Source of the DNA: Alteromonas sp.
Lineage (GTDB): Bacteria > Margulisbacteria > Marinamargulisbacteria > UBA6595
DNA: 64,000 nucleotides
Assembly (NCBI GenBank): GCA_964220215.1
Contig: CAXPTH010000012.1
Span: 31,170-95,169 of the forward strand
Direction: 5' to 3'
Each line of letters begins with the position of its first letter. Within the stretch, counting starts at the first letter, position 1. Below the pieces are notes generated by a model. The model did no database searches. It saw nothing but the letters and a program-made list of their open reading frames with translations, and was not told the DNA's origin. The translations under genes and the position numbers were made by a program. This document shows positions 8,945-21,434 of this stretch, piece by piece.

Positions 8945-10183
8945 CTAGCTTGATTTACCATCTGCATCATCTTCCAACCAAAAGCTGCTTTCCAAATCAT
9001 TGTCGTTATCCGCATCATCGATCGACGATATCATGGAATCATTAATATCATCCCATGAAAAGCTATCATCGGATGCATTGCCTGTCTCGTCAGTAGCGCG
9101 TTCCGTGTTTTCTAAACTAAATGTATCTAAATCACTCGGTGCTGAATCTGCCTCATCATCATTTAAACTATCATCGTAGTCTATCAAATCCTCAACGTCG
9201 CGATCTGTTTCCGAGTCGTCTAACTGAGCTAAATCAGCATCCCCTTCGGGCACTTCCGATGCATTCAACCCAAAATTATTGGCCAATAATTTCAGCGCTA
9301 AGCTTTGATGCTTCTTACCCAGAACAGCATCGAATCGTGTGGTTCCGATTTCCAGCGAAACTGGGTCGTCCAAGCGCGTAGGCAAAGCAACAACATCGCC
9401 GACTTGCAACTGCATTAAGTCCGCCATATTCATGCGAGCATGTCCCAGAACACCTTTCATGCGAACAGATATCTTAGACATCGAATTAGCGCTTAGCGCC
9501 ACAGATTCTTGGTTAATGGAATCTGGCACCGCATCTTTAGCAAACCGGAGGACTGTTTTAGCATCATAATACGTTCCAATCACGACTGGAGCGCCCCCAT
9601 CAATGGATACTGTCGCCATAAAAAAACATGATTTATAGTTATTTGTATCACCCGATGCAGTTGAAGAATCCCAATGAAATCCAGCTCGACCCGCTGATTG
9701 ACCCCAAGCCTTATCAAATGATTTCAAAAGCATATCCGTAAAGATTTCAACGACTTTTTTTTCTCGTTTTGTCATAGATAACGACAAAATTGACTGCCCC
9801 ACACAACCCAAGGCATAATGCACAAAACTATTTAAAAACGCATCGGACAGCACAATTGAAATACGCGCATTGTCTGACAACAAGGATAAATGTTGAAACG
9901 TATGGGACTCGTATTGCAACAAATCAGCAGGCATCGCCTCAACAAAGGCAATGGATTGAATAGCAATTGGACAGCCCAATGAACGAGACATGGTTTGAAC
10001 TAAATCTTGAAAATAGTAATAATGTTGCAGCAGACCGTTGCGAATAATTGATTGTGTCAACAGGGGTGATTCGATTGGGCAAGAAACATTCGCATCAACG
10101 TGTTCTTTTTTTAACTCTGTCCAATGAAACGGATAGTCCAAAACCAATCGATTACTATACAACTGCTTTTCTTTTAACGTCAT
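8945..10183 (-). CDS. FliM/SctQ-like C-ring protein with acidic C-terminal tail
   Basis: Central TKREKKVVE and SpoA domain ISVRMKGVLGHARMNMADLMQLQVGDVVAL...FDAVLGKK; no N-terminal LSQxEIDAL motif. Confidence 0.72.
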   Translation of the reverse strand: MTLKEKQLYSNRLVLDYPFHWTELKKEHVDANVSCPIESPLLTQSIIRNGLLQHYYYFQDLVQTMSRSLGCPIAIQSIAFVEAMPADLLQYESHTFQHLSLLSDNARISIVLSDAFLNSFVHYALGCVGQSILSLSMTKREKKVVEIFTDMLLKSFDKAWGQSAGRAGFHWDSSTASGDTNNYKSCFFMATVSIDGGAPVVIGTYYDAKTVLRFAKDAVPDSINQESVALSANSMSKISVRMKGVLGHARMNMADLMQLQVGDVVALPTRLDDPVSLEIGTTRFDAVLGKKHQSLALKLLANNFGLNASEVPEGDADLAQLDDSETDRDVEDLIDYDDSLNDDEADSAPSDLDTFSLENTERATDETGNASDDSFSWDDINDSMISSIDDADNDNDLESSFWLEDDADGKSS

Positions 10184-10196
10184 TTAATTACTCTGC

Positions 10197-10826
10197 TTAC
10201 TTAATCTTAGGCTCAACAAAAAAACCGTTGTCAAGTGCGATAAAAAAATATTGACCATCGTCTATAGTATACCAAACTTTACCTGATTTAACAACGTCTC
10301 CATCCCAATAATGAATACTCGAATTGACTTTAACAAATTGCTTTAAATCCGGCTGATTGATTGGATTGGGGCTAAAACTCTGAAGCATCGCATCCATCTC
10401 ATTGGGGTTACCCCAATCGCTGGCAATCGGGCTAGCGCCCCCATCAAAAAAAGATCGGCCACTATCACCATCACTAACAATGCTGCTCATCAATGCCTCT
10501 TGCGCCTGAACCATAATTTGATTGGCTTGAAACTGCGAGTTTTGCATGGCTGGTGAGCGCTGGGTTGATGATTGCAACAACTGTTGTGGGGGCGATGCCG
10601 CATAAAATTCAACACGCCTATTTTTTCTACTGTCGCGCATAATTGCAAAATAGCGTCGATGCGGACCCAATGGTTTTTTATAATCTTGGTACCGAATACC
10701 AACCACGCGATCGGATTTATACGCTTGATCAATAACATGTGCACTCAAATAATGAATCAAGTTTTTTTCTTGAGCAAAAACACAGGAGAAACAAAAAATA
10801 AAAACACAAAAAACATAAGCTTTCAT
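10197..10826 (-). CDS. hypothetical exported protein
   Basis: N-terminal signal-peptide-like segment; overlaps the upstream ORF by 4 nt. Confidence 0.6.
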   Translation of the reverse strand: MKAYVFCVFIFCFSCVFAQEKNLIHYLSAHVIDQAYKSDRVVGIRYQDYKKPLGPHRRYFAIMRDSRKNRRVEFYAASPPQQLLQSSTQRSPAMQNSQFQANQIMVQAQEALMSSIVSDGDSGRSFFDGGASPIASDWGNPNEMDAMLQSFSPNPINQPDLKQFVKVNSSIHYWDGDVVKSGKVWYTIDDGQYFFIALDNGFFVEPKIK

Positions 10827-11260
10827 GATTTTTTCAAGTCTAGCTGCACGGATTTTCCCAGGCTTTTTTTTAGTTTTTTTTCTAATTCTAAGCGCGAACT
10901 TGAAAATGCGCTAAATAGCTCCGCTGATACCGTTACTGTTATACCTAAGTGATGGGGATTATTGTAAAACGCAATTTCAATGGGCAACTGATGCGTCTGC
11001 CTCAATGAAACACGAATGCTATTATCGATATGTTGATAAAATTCAACGCCGGATTGTTCTAAACGGTGCACCAATGTTTGAGGAGTTACCGGCGTGTTTA
11101 GCCAAGTCATTAACAAATTTAGAAACCCGTTGACCACAACCAACCCGTTTTCTTCCTGTAATGTTTGATCAAAACTGCCATCTGGCTGAGACGCCTGGTT
11201 TCCAAGGGTATTGCTAAAGGAATCTGACAATGGTGCTGGCCCCGTTGATGCCGTTGACAT
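10823..11260 (-). CDS. hypothetical protein, possibly FliK/SctP C-terminal-domain-like
   Basis: Low-complexity N-terminus then a beta-beta-beta-alpha-beta pattern (IRVSL...IEIAF...LGITVTV...ELEKKLKKSLGKSVQLDL) in export-cluster context. The gene is likely; the family is tentative. Confidence 0.4.
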   Translation of the reverse strand: MSTASTGPAPLSDSFSNTLGNQASQPDGSFDQTLQEENGLVVVNGFLNLLMTWLNTPVTPQTLVHRLEQSGVEFYQHIDNSIRVSLRQTHQLPIEIAFYNNPHHLGITVTVSAELFSAFSSSRLELEKKLKKSLGKSVQLDLKKS

Positions 11261-11264
11261 GACT

Positions 11265-12284
11265 TTAGATCTCTAAGTCAGCCGCTGATGAAATAAATAA
11301 TTGAGACAATTTATCCGGGTATCGTTTTTTGGCAATATAAGCGGGGGACAACGATAGACGCTCCACCGCTTCATAGCCGTTATTTTGAACTGCGTTAAGC
11401 ACTGTTTCAGGGCTGTCTAGGCCAGGCTCAAAAAACAGATTTTTGCCACTATATAAACGACCAATATCCCGAACGCCCGATGCCAGTATTTTCTTTATTG
11501 AATGCACGGTTGTTGGGTTTACACTTAAAATTACATCACTCGATAATGTTGATTGTGCCATTTGAATTGTTTGTATAAGTTTCGCATCATCACATGCTGA
11601 CTTTTTTGCAAAGTCAGTATCTGTTTGAGGCACAAAATTCTGTATAATGACATCATGCAGCAGCCCGTATTCTTTATGCAAATTCATGAGCTCATTCAAC
11701 ATTTTTTGACGATACGTAGGGGTTTCCCCAATACCGATTAATAAACCTGTACTAACAGGAATTCCAGCTTCCATCGCCCATCGGATATTTTGCAATCGGT
11801 TTTCAATTGCCTTGCCCGGAGAATCGGGATAAATTTTATCATGTTTGCTTGGATTTACAGCATCCAAATTAATTCGAACCAACGAGCAAATTTCCGATAG
11901 GCGCTGATAATCACTCAAGCCGGATAACGACCCAATTTCAACAACTGGAATAAACCCTTCTAAAAATACCATTTCACAAATGGTATACACGTAAGATAAA
12001 TATGAATCAAATCCCCAAACAGCCAGTCGATTGCGAACTTTCGAATATTTATCAGGACGATCGCCACTCACGCATAAAATCTCTTTACAGCCATTAGCCG
12101 CTGCTTCTTTAACCAATTGAATAATTAAATACGGTACATTAAGTACTGGAGCCCCATCCCCATCAGCAACTCGATAGGAACAGTAGGGGCATTTGTTTTG
12201 ACAAAAGTAAGACATTGGAAACATAGCAGAATTCAAATAATGAACGTTATCCGTTGTATTCGTTAATTGATTCAATCCTGTCAT
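11265..12284 (-). CDS. cofG: CofG-like radical SAM protein (FO synthase subunit 1 family)
   Basis: CQNKCPYC triad, GCKEILCVSGDRP, DSPGK...RL, GIPVSTGLLIGIGET, DVIIQNF. Start moved to ATG 12284, which has AAGGAG SD at 12296-12291. Confidence 0.72.
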   Translation of the reverse strand: MTGLNQLTNTTDNVHYLNSAMFPMSYFCQNKCPYCSYRVADGDGAPVLNVPYLIIQLVKEAAANGCKEILCVSGDRPDKYSKVRNRLAVWGFDSYLSYVYTICEMVFLEGFIPVVEIGSLSGLSDYQRLSEICSLVRINLDAVNPSKHDKIYPDSPGKAIENRLQNIRWAMEAGIPVSTGLLIGIGETPTYRQKMLNELMNLHKEYGLLHDVIIQNFVPQTDTDFAKKSACDDAKLIQTIQMAQSTLSSDVILSVNPTTVHSIKKILASGVRDIGRLYSGKNLFFEPGLDSPETVLNAVQNNGYEAVERLSLSPAYIAKKRYPDKLSQLFISSAADLEI

Positions 12285-12345
12285 AATTATCTCCTTAAAA
12301 TACACTAGCTCCCTCATCAATTGTGCTGTTTAATTGATATACTAT

Positions 12346-12463
12346 TCTTGGCCACGACCGACTCTCCCACCAAGGAACCCTGGCAGTACCATAGGCGCTA
12401 AAAGACTTAACTTCTGTGTTCGGAATGAGAACAGGTGTACCCCTTTTGCTATAATGACCAAGA
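12346..12463 (-). rRNA. rrf: 5S ribosomal RNA
   Basis: Minus strand UCUUGGUCAUUAUAGC...CCGAACACAGAAGUUAAG...GGUACUG...GGGAGAGUCGGUCGUGGCCAAGA with closing helix I; ends approximate. Confidence 0.95.
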
Positions 12464-12494
12464 ATAGTATACATGAAACATAAATTAAATTGCA

Positions 12495-15528
<3,034 letters not shown>

Positions 15529-15608
15529 TTGAATTCAATTCAGTTTCATTATTTTTATTCTACTTTCTTCCAATGATCTAGCACGCTTAGTGGTGCAATG
15601 GATTATCA

Positions 15609-15638
15609 ATCTTACCGGGAATCAATCATTAATGTCAA
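15609..15638 (-). promoter_or_regulatory. sigma70-type promoter of the 23S-5S unit
   Basis: Minus strand TTGACA-18 nt-TAAGAT about 100 nt upstream of the 23S 5' end, with an A/T-rich UP-like tract further upstream. Confidence 0.75.
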
Positions 15639-15824
15639 CACTGAAATCAAAAAAACAGATTTTTAAGCATAGATTAAAAAAATTTTTATTGTTAAAAAAA
15701 GGTTTTTGAAAAAACCGACCGAGATTATTTTTTTAAAAAAACAAAAAATTTGATACACTATAGCTATAATTTAAAACGTCTAACATCAACATAAACGCAA
15801 GTAAACCAAAGGAGCAACCATCAG

Positions 15825-16199
15825 ATGAGCAACAAGCATTACACACCGGATCACGAATGGGTAGAGATTCAATCCACCGAAGCGACCATCGGCATTACCC
15901 AATATGCCGTGGATGAGCTGGGCGATATTGTCTATATTGAGTTACCCGAAGTCGGGCGATCGGTGACAAAAGGCGAAGAAATTGGAACCGTTGAATCCGT
16001 AAAAACCGTATCCAGTATTTACGCACCCCTATCGGGAACAATTACACGAATCAATGCCGAATTGACCGAACGGCCTGACATTGTTAACGAATCCCCGGAT
16101 GCCAATGGCTGGATGGTGGCTATTGAGCCAACCAATAGCGCCGAACACCATGAACTGCTGAACGCATCCGATTACCAAAAACACTGTGATTCCCTATAA
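15825..16199 (+). CDS. gcvH: glycine cleavage system H protein
   Basis: [14 protein letters not shown] and lipoyl motif VESVKT; AAGGAG SD. Confidence 0.95.
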   Translation: MSNKHYTPDHEWVEIQSTEATIGITQYAVDELGDIVYIELPEVGRSVTKGEEIGTVESVKTVSSIYAPLSGTITRINAELTERPDIVNESPDANGWMVAIEPTNSAEHHELLNASDYQKHCDSL

Positions 16200-17005
16200 T
16201 GAAACAGTACCTAGACTTAGTTCAAACAATTTTAGAGAACGGCATTGATAAAACAGATCGAACGGGTACTGGAACAAAGTCTATTTTTGGCTATCAATAC
16301 CGCGTTGATTTGCAAGCGGGGTTTCCACTACTAACAACTAAAAAAATTGTAATTAGTAGTGTCGTCAACGAACTGTTGTGGTTTTTAAAAGGCAGCACCA
16401 ATATTCATGATGGTTTAAACTCAAAAATATGGGATCCTTGGGCGGATGCCGATGGAAATGTGGGCCCAATTTATGGGTACCAATGGCGACAATGGGAACA
16501 GTTTAGACCCGATGAATCTGGCCAACCTGTAAAACGGCATATTGACCAAATTCAAACGGTAATTGATACCATCAAAACAAACCCGGATTCCCGACGGTTA
16601 ATTGTATCCGCATGGAATGTTGCGGATTTGGATCAAATGGCGTTGCCTCCCTGCCATTTACTCTTTCAATTTTACGTGCGAGGCGATTATTTGGATTGCC
16701 AACTGTATCAACGATCGGCAGACGTCGCCATCGGCGTGCCGTTCAACATTGCGAGTTATTCGTTATTGCTGAGCATGATTGCCCAGGAATGCAATCGACT
16801 ACCCGGCCATTTTATTCACACCATCGGGGATGCTCATATTTACACGGACCATGTGGATGGCCTTCGGGAGCAACTTACACGACCAACTCAAACACTTCCC
16901 ACAATTCGAATTGCCAATAAACCGTTTGATCAGATTACCGCTGATGATATTGTTGTTGATAATTACCAACCCGCACCCTTTATTCGGTTTCCGATTTCCG
17001 TCTAA
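16199..17005 (+). CDS. thyA: thymidylate synthase
   Basis: [41 protein letters not shown]. Confidence 0.97.
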   Translation: MKQYLDLVQTILENGIDKTDRTGTGTKSIFGYQYRVDLQAGFPLLTTKKIVISSVVNELLWFLKGSTNIHDGLNSKIWDPWADADGNVGPIYGYQWRQWEQFRPDESGQPVKRHIDQIQTVIDTIKTNPDSRRLIVSAWNVADLDQMALPPCHLLFQFYVRGDYLDCQLYQRSADVAIGVPFNIASYSLLLSMIAQECNRLPGHFIHTIGDAHIYTDHVDGLREQLTRPTQTLPTIRIANKPFDQITADDIVVDNYQPAPFIRFPISV

Positions 17006-17514
17006 TGCAGGTTATCGTTTTAGTAGCTATGGATACCAATCGCGGGATTGGCATTAACAATCAGTTGCCCTGGCATATTCCGGAAGACTTAATTCGATTC
17101 AAACAACAAACAACCGGGCAAGCCATTATCATGGGTAGAAAAACATGGGAATCGCTGCCCAAGGCTCCGTTGCCCAATCGATTAAATATTGTACTATCCC
17201 GAAACCCCGATGCACTCAATGTGCCGGTACCCGTGGTATCCACACTAGCAGCCGGCATTCGCACAGCACAAGAAGCGGGTGTATCGAAAACGTATATTAT
17301 TGGAGGCGCTGCGGTTTATCAACAAACAATCCAAGAACAAATCGCCACTCAGCTCATCATTACGCAAGTGTCAGGATCTTGGGAGTGCGATACCCACTTC
17401 CCCGATCCCGAACCTTTTTATCAACTCGACCACGTTGAAGACCGCTTTGTCAGCCAGTCTATCGCATGCACTATTGAACGCTGGACTATAAATTCCACCC
17501 GTTCAAAATTTTAG
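17005..17514 (+). CDS. folA: dihydrofolate reductase
   Basis: IGINNQLPWHIPEDL, IMGRKTWES, PLPNRLNIVLS, IIGGAAVY. Confidence 0.95.
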   Translation: MQVIVLVAMDTNRGIGINNQLPWHIPEDLIRFKQQTTGQAIIMGRKTWESLPKAPLPNRLNIVLSRNPDALNVPVPVVSTLAAGIRTAQEAGVSKTYIIGGAAVYQQTIQEQIATQLIITQVSGSWECDTHFPDPEPFYQLDHVEDRFVSQSIACTIERWTINSTRSKF

Positions 17515-17911
17515 ATACTTCCTCACTATGCCGAGTTTCATCCCGAATCATATCTTCCAAATCTAAAGACAAGGCTTTATGACCCAAAGCCGCCGCCTGC
17601 TCAGCACGTTGGGTATATCCGATAATTGCGCGGTTTTCAGCTTCTAAAACAGCTTCGAGCATGGCTTTATTGGTACTAGCCGGCGCTACACTGGCTGCCT
17701 GGGTTGTGGGCTCTCCGCCCAAAACCAAAATTTTATCCGCTAAAAACTTAGCATGCCCTTGCTCATCAGCAACTTCGGCCAATAAAAATTGACTGAGCTC
17801 CGGTCGAAATGGACCCGTTACTTTTGCCGCATACGTTGTGTATTGAATAATGGCAGCAAATTCATTGGCAAGGTCTTGGTTCAATAAATCAATCAATTCC
17901 TGGTTGCTCAT
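17486..17911 (-). CDS. ferritin-like/bacterioferritin family protein
   Basis: Di-iron ligands E...QY, DEQGH, E...Y, DETRH; AAGGAG SD and extended -10 TGGTACACT at 17966-17958. Confidence 0.85.
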   Translation of the reverse strand: MSNQELIDLLNQDLANEFAAIIQYTTYAAKVTGPFRPELSQFLLAEVADEQGHAKFLADKILVLGGEPTTQAASVAPASTNKAMLEAVLEAENRAIIGYTQRAEQAAALGHKALSLDLEDMIRDETRHSEEVSKILNGWNL

Positions 17912-17970
17912 GCTTTATCTCCTTTTGGTCGTTTTGATAATTCTATATCTCTATAAAAGTGTACCATATC

Positions 17971-19302
17971 TTAATTCGATTCAGTCTCATTTAATTGGCT
18001 GATTAATAAATCCACGACTTGTTTCACAGAATCATCTGAATCAATAACTGTTCGAATCCGGTCACACGCATACATGACTGTTGTATGATCTCTCTTTCCA
18101 AAGTACTCGCCAATTTTGGGGAACGACATATTGGTTAACTCTCGTGCTAAGTACATCGCTATCTGGCGAGCAAACGTAATATCTTTCGCCCGACTGGATG
18201 AACACAAATCAGTATCTGTAACACCGAAATAATTTTGAACTTTGGATTTTATCTTCTGAATGCTTAACGGTTTTGTGGACCGAACGCCAACTAAATCCTT
18301 AATAATATTGCTCACAATTTCTAAGGTAATATCCGCATCATCCAACAACGACATATACGCAGCAATTCGGTTTAAGGCACCTTCCATTTCTCGAACATTT
18401 GACGGAATCTGTGTGGCAATAAAATGAACCACTTCATCGGTAATTACCAACGACATGTCTTCGGATTTTTTACGCAAAATTGCCAAACGAGTCTCCAATT
18501 CAGGCGGTTGAATATCGGCGATCAATCCCCACTCAAATCGCGTACGCAACCGGTCTTCCAATGTTGGTATCTCTTTGGGGGATCGGTCCGATGTTAAAAT
18601 AATCTGCTTATTTTGACTATACAAGTCATTAAATGTATGAAAGAACTCTTCTTGAGTCTGAACTTTCCCCGCTAAAAACTGCACATCATCCACAAACAAC
18701 ACATCCACGGCACGGTACTGATCTCGAAACTGCCGGGTTCGTTGATTCTTAATTGCATTAATCAAATCATTGGTGAATTTTTCAGATGTCACCATGCTTA
18801 ACTTCAACCCAGGATGATTTTTCTGAATATGATGCGCAATAGCATGCATTAAATGCGTTTTTCCCAGCCCAACAGACCCGTAAATAAACAATGGATTATA
18901 GGCCGATGCTGGCGTTTTTGCCACCGCTTCACATGCGGCATGCGCAAACCGATTGTTATGCCCCACAACAAACTGGTCAAATGTATACCGAGAATTAAAC
19001 AACCTATCTTGAGAAACCACACTCGGAGCCGCGTCAAATAAACTCAATTGTTGCTCCTCAGGCCGCTCAACATCAATCGTATATTCTACCAATGTGCCTG
19101 GGTATTTTTCAGATAAAATATACTCCCTAAAAATTGGTTCACATTTTTCTTGCATCCAAGTTTTTGAAAATGCATTGGGCACTTTGAGCTGCAATACAGA
19201 ATTATCGTATGAAACAAAGGATGCTGAAGACAAAAATGTTTGATAAGCAGGCGGTGTTAAATACGTTTCAAGGGCAACTTGGACATCCTCCCAAATAGTC
19301 AT
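17971..19302 (-). CDS. dnaA: chromosomal replication initiator DnaA
   Basis: YNPLFIYGSVGLGKTHL, QEEFFHTFN, RLRTRFEWGL, RDHTTVMYA. Confidence 0.98.
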   Translation of the reverse strand: MTIWEDVQVALETYLTPPAYQTFLSSASFVSYDNSVLQLKVPNAFSKTWMQEKCEPIFREYILSEKYPGTLVEYTIDVERPEEQQLSLFDAAPSVVSQDRLFNSRYTFDQFVVGHNNRFAHAACEAVAKTPASAYNPLFIYGSVGLGKTHLMHAIAHHIQKNHPGLKLSMVTSEKFTNDLINAIKNQRTRQFRDQYRAVDVLFVDDVQFLAGKVQTQEEFFHTFNDLYSQNKQIILTSDRSPKEIPTLEDRLRTRFEWGLIADIQPPELETRLAILRKKSEDMSLVITDEVVHFIATQIPSNVREMEGALNRIAAYMSLLDDADITLEIVSNIIKDLVGVRSTKPLSIQKIKSKVQNYFGVTDTDLCSSSRAKDITFARQIAMYLARELTNMSFPKIGEYFGKRDHTTVMYACDRIRTVIDSDDSVKQVVDLLISQLNETESN

Positions 19303-19318
19303 TTATGCCGCCGTCATC

Positions 19319-19990
19319 TTATAAGAACTTTGATATGCTAGCGCCCACCATGAATCGGGGATTGCTGCTCTCGCCAACACCATCTAAGATCGCTGCCTGA
19401 AAAATCAGATTTTCCATTGCAAACCACCGAGCACCCGTGTTTACCCGATACAGCCCGTCATCGCCAATCATGTCGACAACAAGGCTAATGGCATCGTTTA
19501 AAAAGTATTCACCACCCATCATCAACGCTGAGCTAACCGAATCTTCGAATAAGGCACGAAACCCAACATGGCCCGTAAACGATGCCTGAAATGGCTTGCT
19601 CGCAACCATGTACAAACTGCTGCCTTCATTGGCTGTCAAATTCTCAAGCCCCACGGCCACATCGACTGGATACTGCTTCTGCTCAGAAAACACATGATAT
19701 TTCATATTTAAAAACACACCCTCTTCCGGATAAGTCCCACCCACAACACCCATCTCAATATTGTCATAGGTCCCAATGTTAAGTTTGTAATAATGAGCGC
19801 TTTTATGCTTATCGTTGTCAATACTTCGAGCATCGCCTAAATAATCAATACCTAGATTGTACTCTTGATACTGCAAACGCTCGGCTGTTGGCATTTCCAA
19901 AAGCCCGGTTGGCCCACCAATTGTTGGTGCAGCAAGCACAGAAGTTCCGATAAGCGCCACAATAAAAATTCCATATATTAGTTTTGTCAT
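19319..19990 (-). CDS. YjbH-like outer-membrane beta-barrel protein
   Basis: Signal peptide, GPTGLLEMPTA motif, amphipathic strands and a C-terminal aromatic residue. Confidence 0.55.
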   Translation of the reverse strand: MTKLIYGIFIVALIGTSVLAAPTIGGPTGLLEMPTAERLQYQEYNLGIDYLGDARSIDNDKHKSAHYYKLNIGTYDNIEMGVVGGTYPEEGVFLNMKYHVFSEQKQYPVDVAVGLENLTANEGSSLYMVASKPFQASFTGHVGFRALFEDSVSSALMMGGEYFLNDAISLVVDMIGDDGLYRVNTGARWFAMENLIFQAAILDGVGESSNPRFMVGASISKFL

Positions 19991-20928
19991 TTTGTATCTA
20001 CCATCCGTTTTAATTTTGCCTGAAATCGCAGTTCATCACGATGCAACTGAGCTGGGAATCCAAACAATGTCACCCCACCAGATGGGAATGATTTGGTTAC
20101 GCCTGCTCTACTTAGAATAACACTATTAGGCCCAATTGTCACATGATCTTTAACGGCCACTTGGCCCGCAAAAATACAATGATCCCCAATCGTTACGGAC
20201 CCTGCAAATTGAACCCCTCCCGCTATTAGACACTGTTTGCCAATCAACGCATTATGCGCAATATGACAATGCGCATCAATTTTAGTGCCTGCCCCGATTT
20301 GTGTGTCGGCCAAAACACCCCGATCAACGGTTGTCAAGGAACCAATATGAACAGAATCTCCAAGCCAAACACCGCCTTGATGCGGCATAAACCGATGCGT
20401 CCGGTCGGGCTGTGTCATGTACCCAAAGCCATCAGAACCAATAACAGCTCCGGATCGAATCGTACAATTATTGCCAATTCGAACCGAGTCCCCAATAGAA
20501 ACATTTGAAAAAATTTGAGATCCTTCACCAATAAAACATCTATTACCAATAACGGCACCGGGATGAATCACAACACCGGCCTGAATCACAGACCCATCCC
20601 CAATATGTGCCGATGCATGAACTTGGGCTGTATCGTGCACCAGTGTTGGCAATAGAGGGACAACCCATCGAAACAACGCAATTAGTTGAGCCATCGCCAT
20701 AGGCCCATTAGAAACAAAAATATGTGGCTGGTCTATCGCTTGTGTGGACAACAAAACCGATGTTTTAGATACATTAACCAGCTGATCATAATGTTGATCT
20801 GAAAAATACGGAATCACATGATTCGGCTTTGGTGCTTGGATAGACGCAACCCCAACCAATGGATGATGGGGATCTAAACCAACCGCTTTGCCTTTGAGCG
20901 CATCAACAATATCCGCTACGGTGATCAA
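19987..20928 (-). CDS. lpxD: UDP-3-O-(3-hydroxyacyl)glucosamine N-acyltransferase
   Basis: Hexapeptide repeats, IGSDGFGY, VDRG, TKID..HIAHN; follows skp. Confidence 0.92.
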   Translation of the reverse strand: MITVADIVDALKGKAVGLDPHHPLVGVASIQAPKPNHVIPYFSDQHYDQLVNVSKTSVLLSTQAIDQPHIFVSNGPMAMAQLIALFRWVVPLLPTLVHDTAQVHASAHIGDGSVIQAGVVIHPGAVIGNRCFIGEGSQIFSNVSIGDSVRIGNNCTIRSGAVIGSDGFGYMTQPDRTHRFMPHQGGVWLGDSVHIGSLTTVDRGVLADTQIGAGTKIDAHCHIAHNALIGKQCLIAGGVQFAGSVTIGDHCIFAGQVAVKDHVTIGPNSVILSRAGVTKSFPSGGVTLFGFPAQLHRDELRFQAKLKRMVDTK

Positions 20929-20930
20929 GA

Positions 20931-21395
20931 CTACTTTGAATCCGATTCTTTATTCAGCCGATCCAATACAAACTCAGTTAAGTCGTAGCCACCATACACA
21001 ACCGCTTGCTGATCCATAACAACATCCAAGCCTTGCTCTTTGGCCACACGCTGAGTCATGGCTAAAATCTTTTGTCGAATCGAATAAATCGACTCGTTAC
21101 GAAACTGCAACAGTTCTTGCTGCAACGGCTCCATTTCTTTTTGCATGGCATCCGCAAGGTCTTTCATTTTTTTCTCGCTGGATTTTTTTTCCCGGGCCTC
21201 AGTCATTTTTTCATTATGCTTCTCAAGCTTTTCTTCATACTTTTGGCGCTTTTCTTGAAACACCTCTTCCATTTTAGCGGCTTCTGTATATCGCTCAAAA
21301 ATAGCCTGCATATTAATTAATCCAACTTCTGCATGAACTGGTGCCATGCCAAATACGGCCAATGAAACTATAATGCTAATTAAAACTTTTTTCAT
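20931..21395 (-). CDS. skp: OmpH/Skp periplasmic chaperone
   Basis: Signal peptide, VGLINMQAIF, coiled coil, VAKEQGLDVVMD...YGGYDLT. Confidence 0.88.
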   Translation of the reverse strand: MKKVLISIIVSLAVFGMAPVHAEVGLINMQAIFERYTEAAKMEEVFQEKRQKYEEKLEKHNEKMTEAREKKSSEKKMKDLADAMQKEMEPLQQELLQFRNESIYSIRQKILAMTQRVAKEQGLDVVMDQQAVVYGGYDLTEFVLDRLNKESDSK

Positions 21396-21434
21396 TTATA
21401 TGGTGTCTCCTTTTTGTACAATTCTTTTTGTTTA

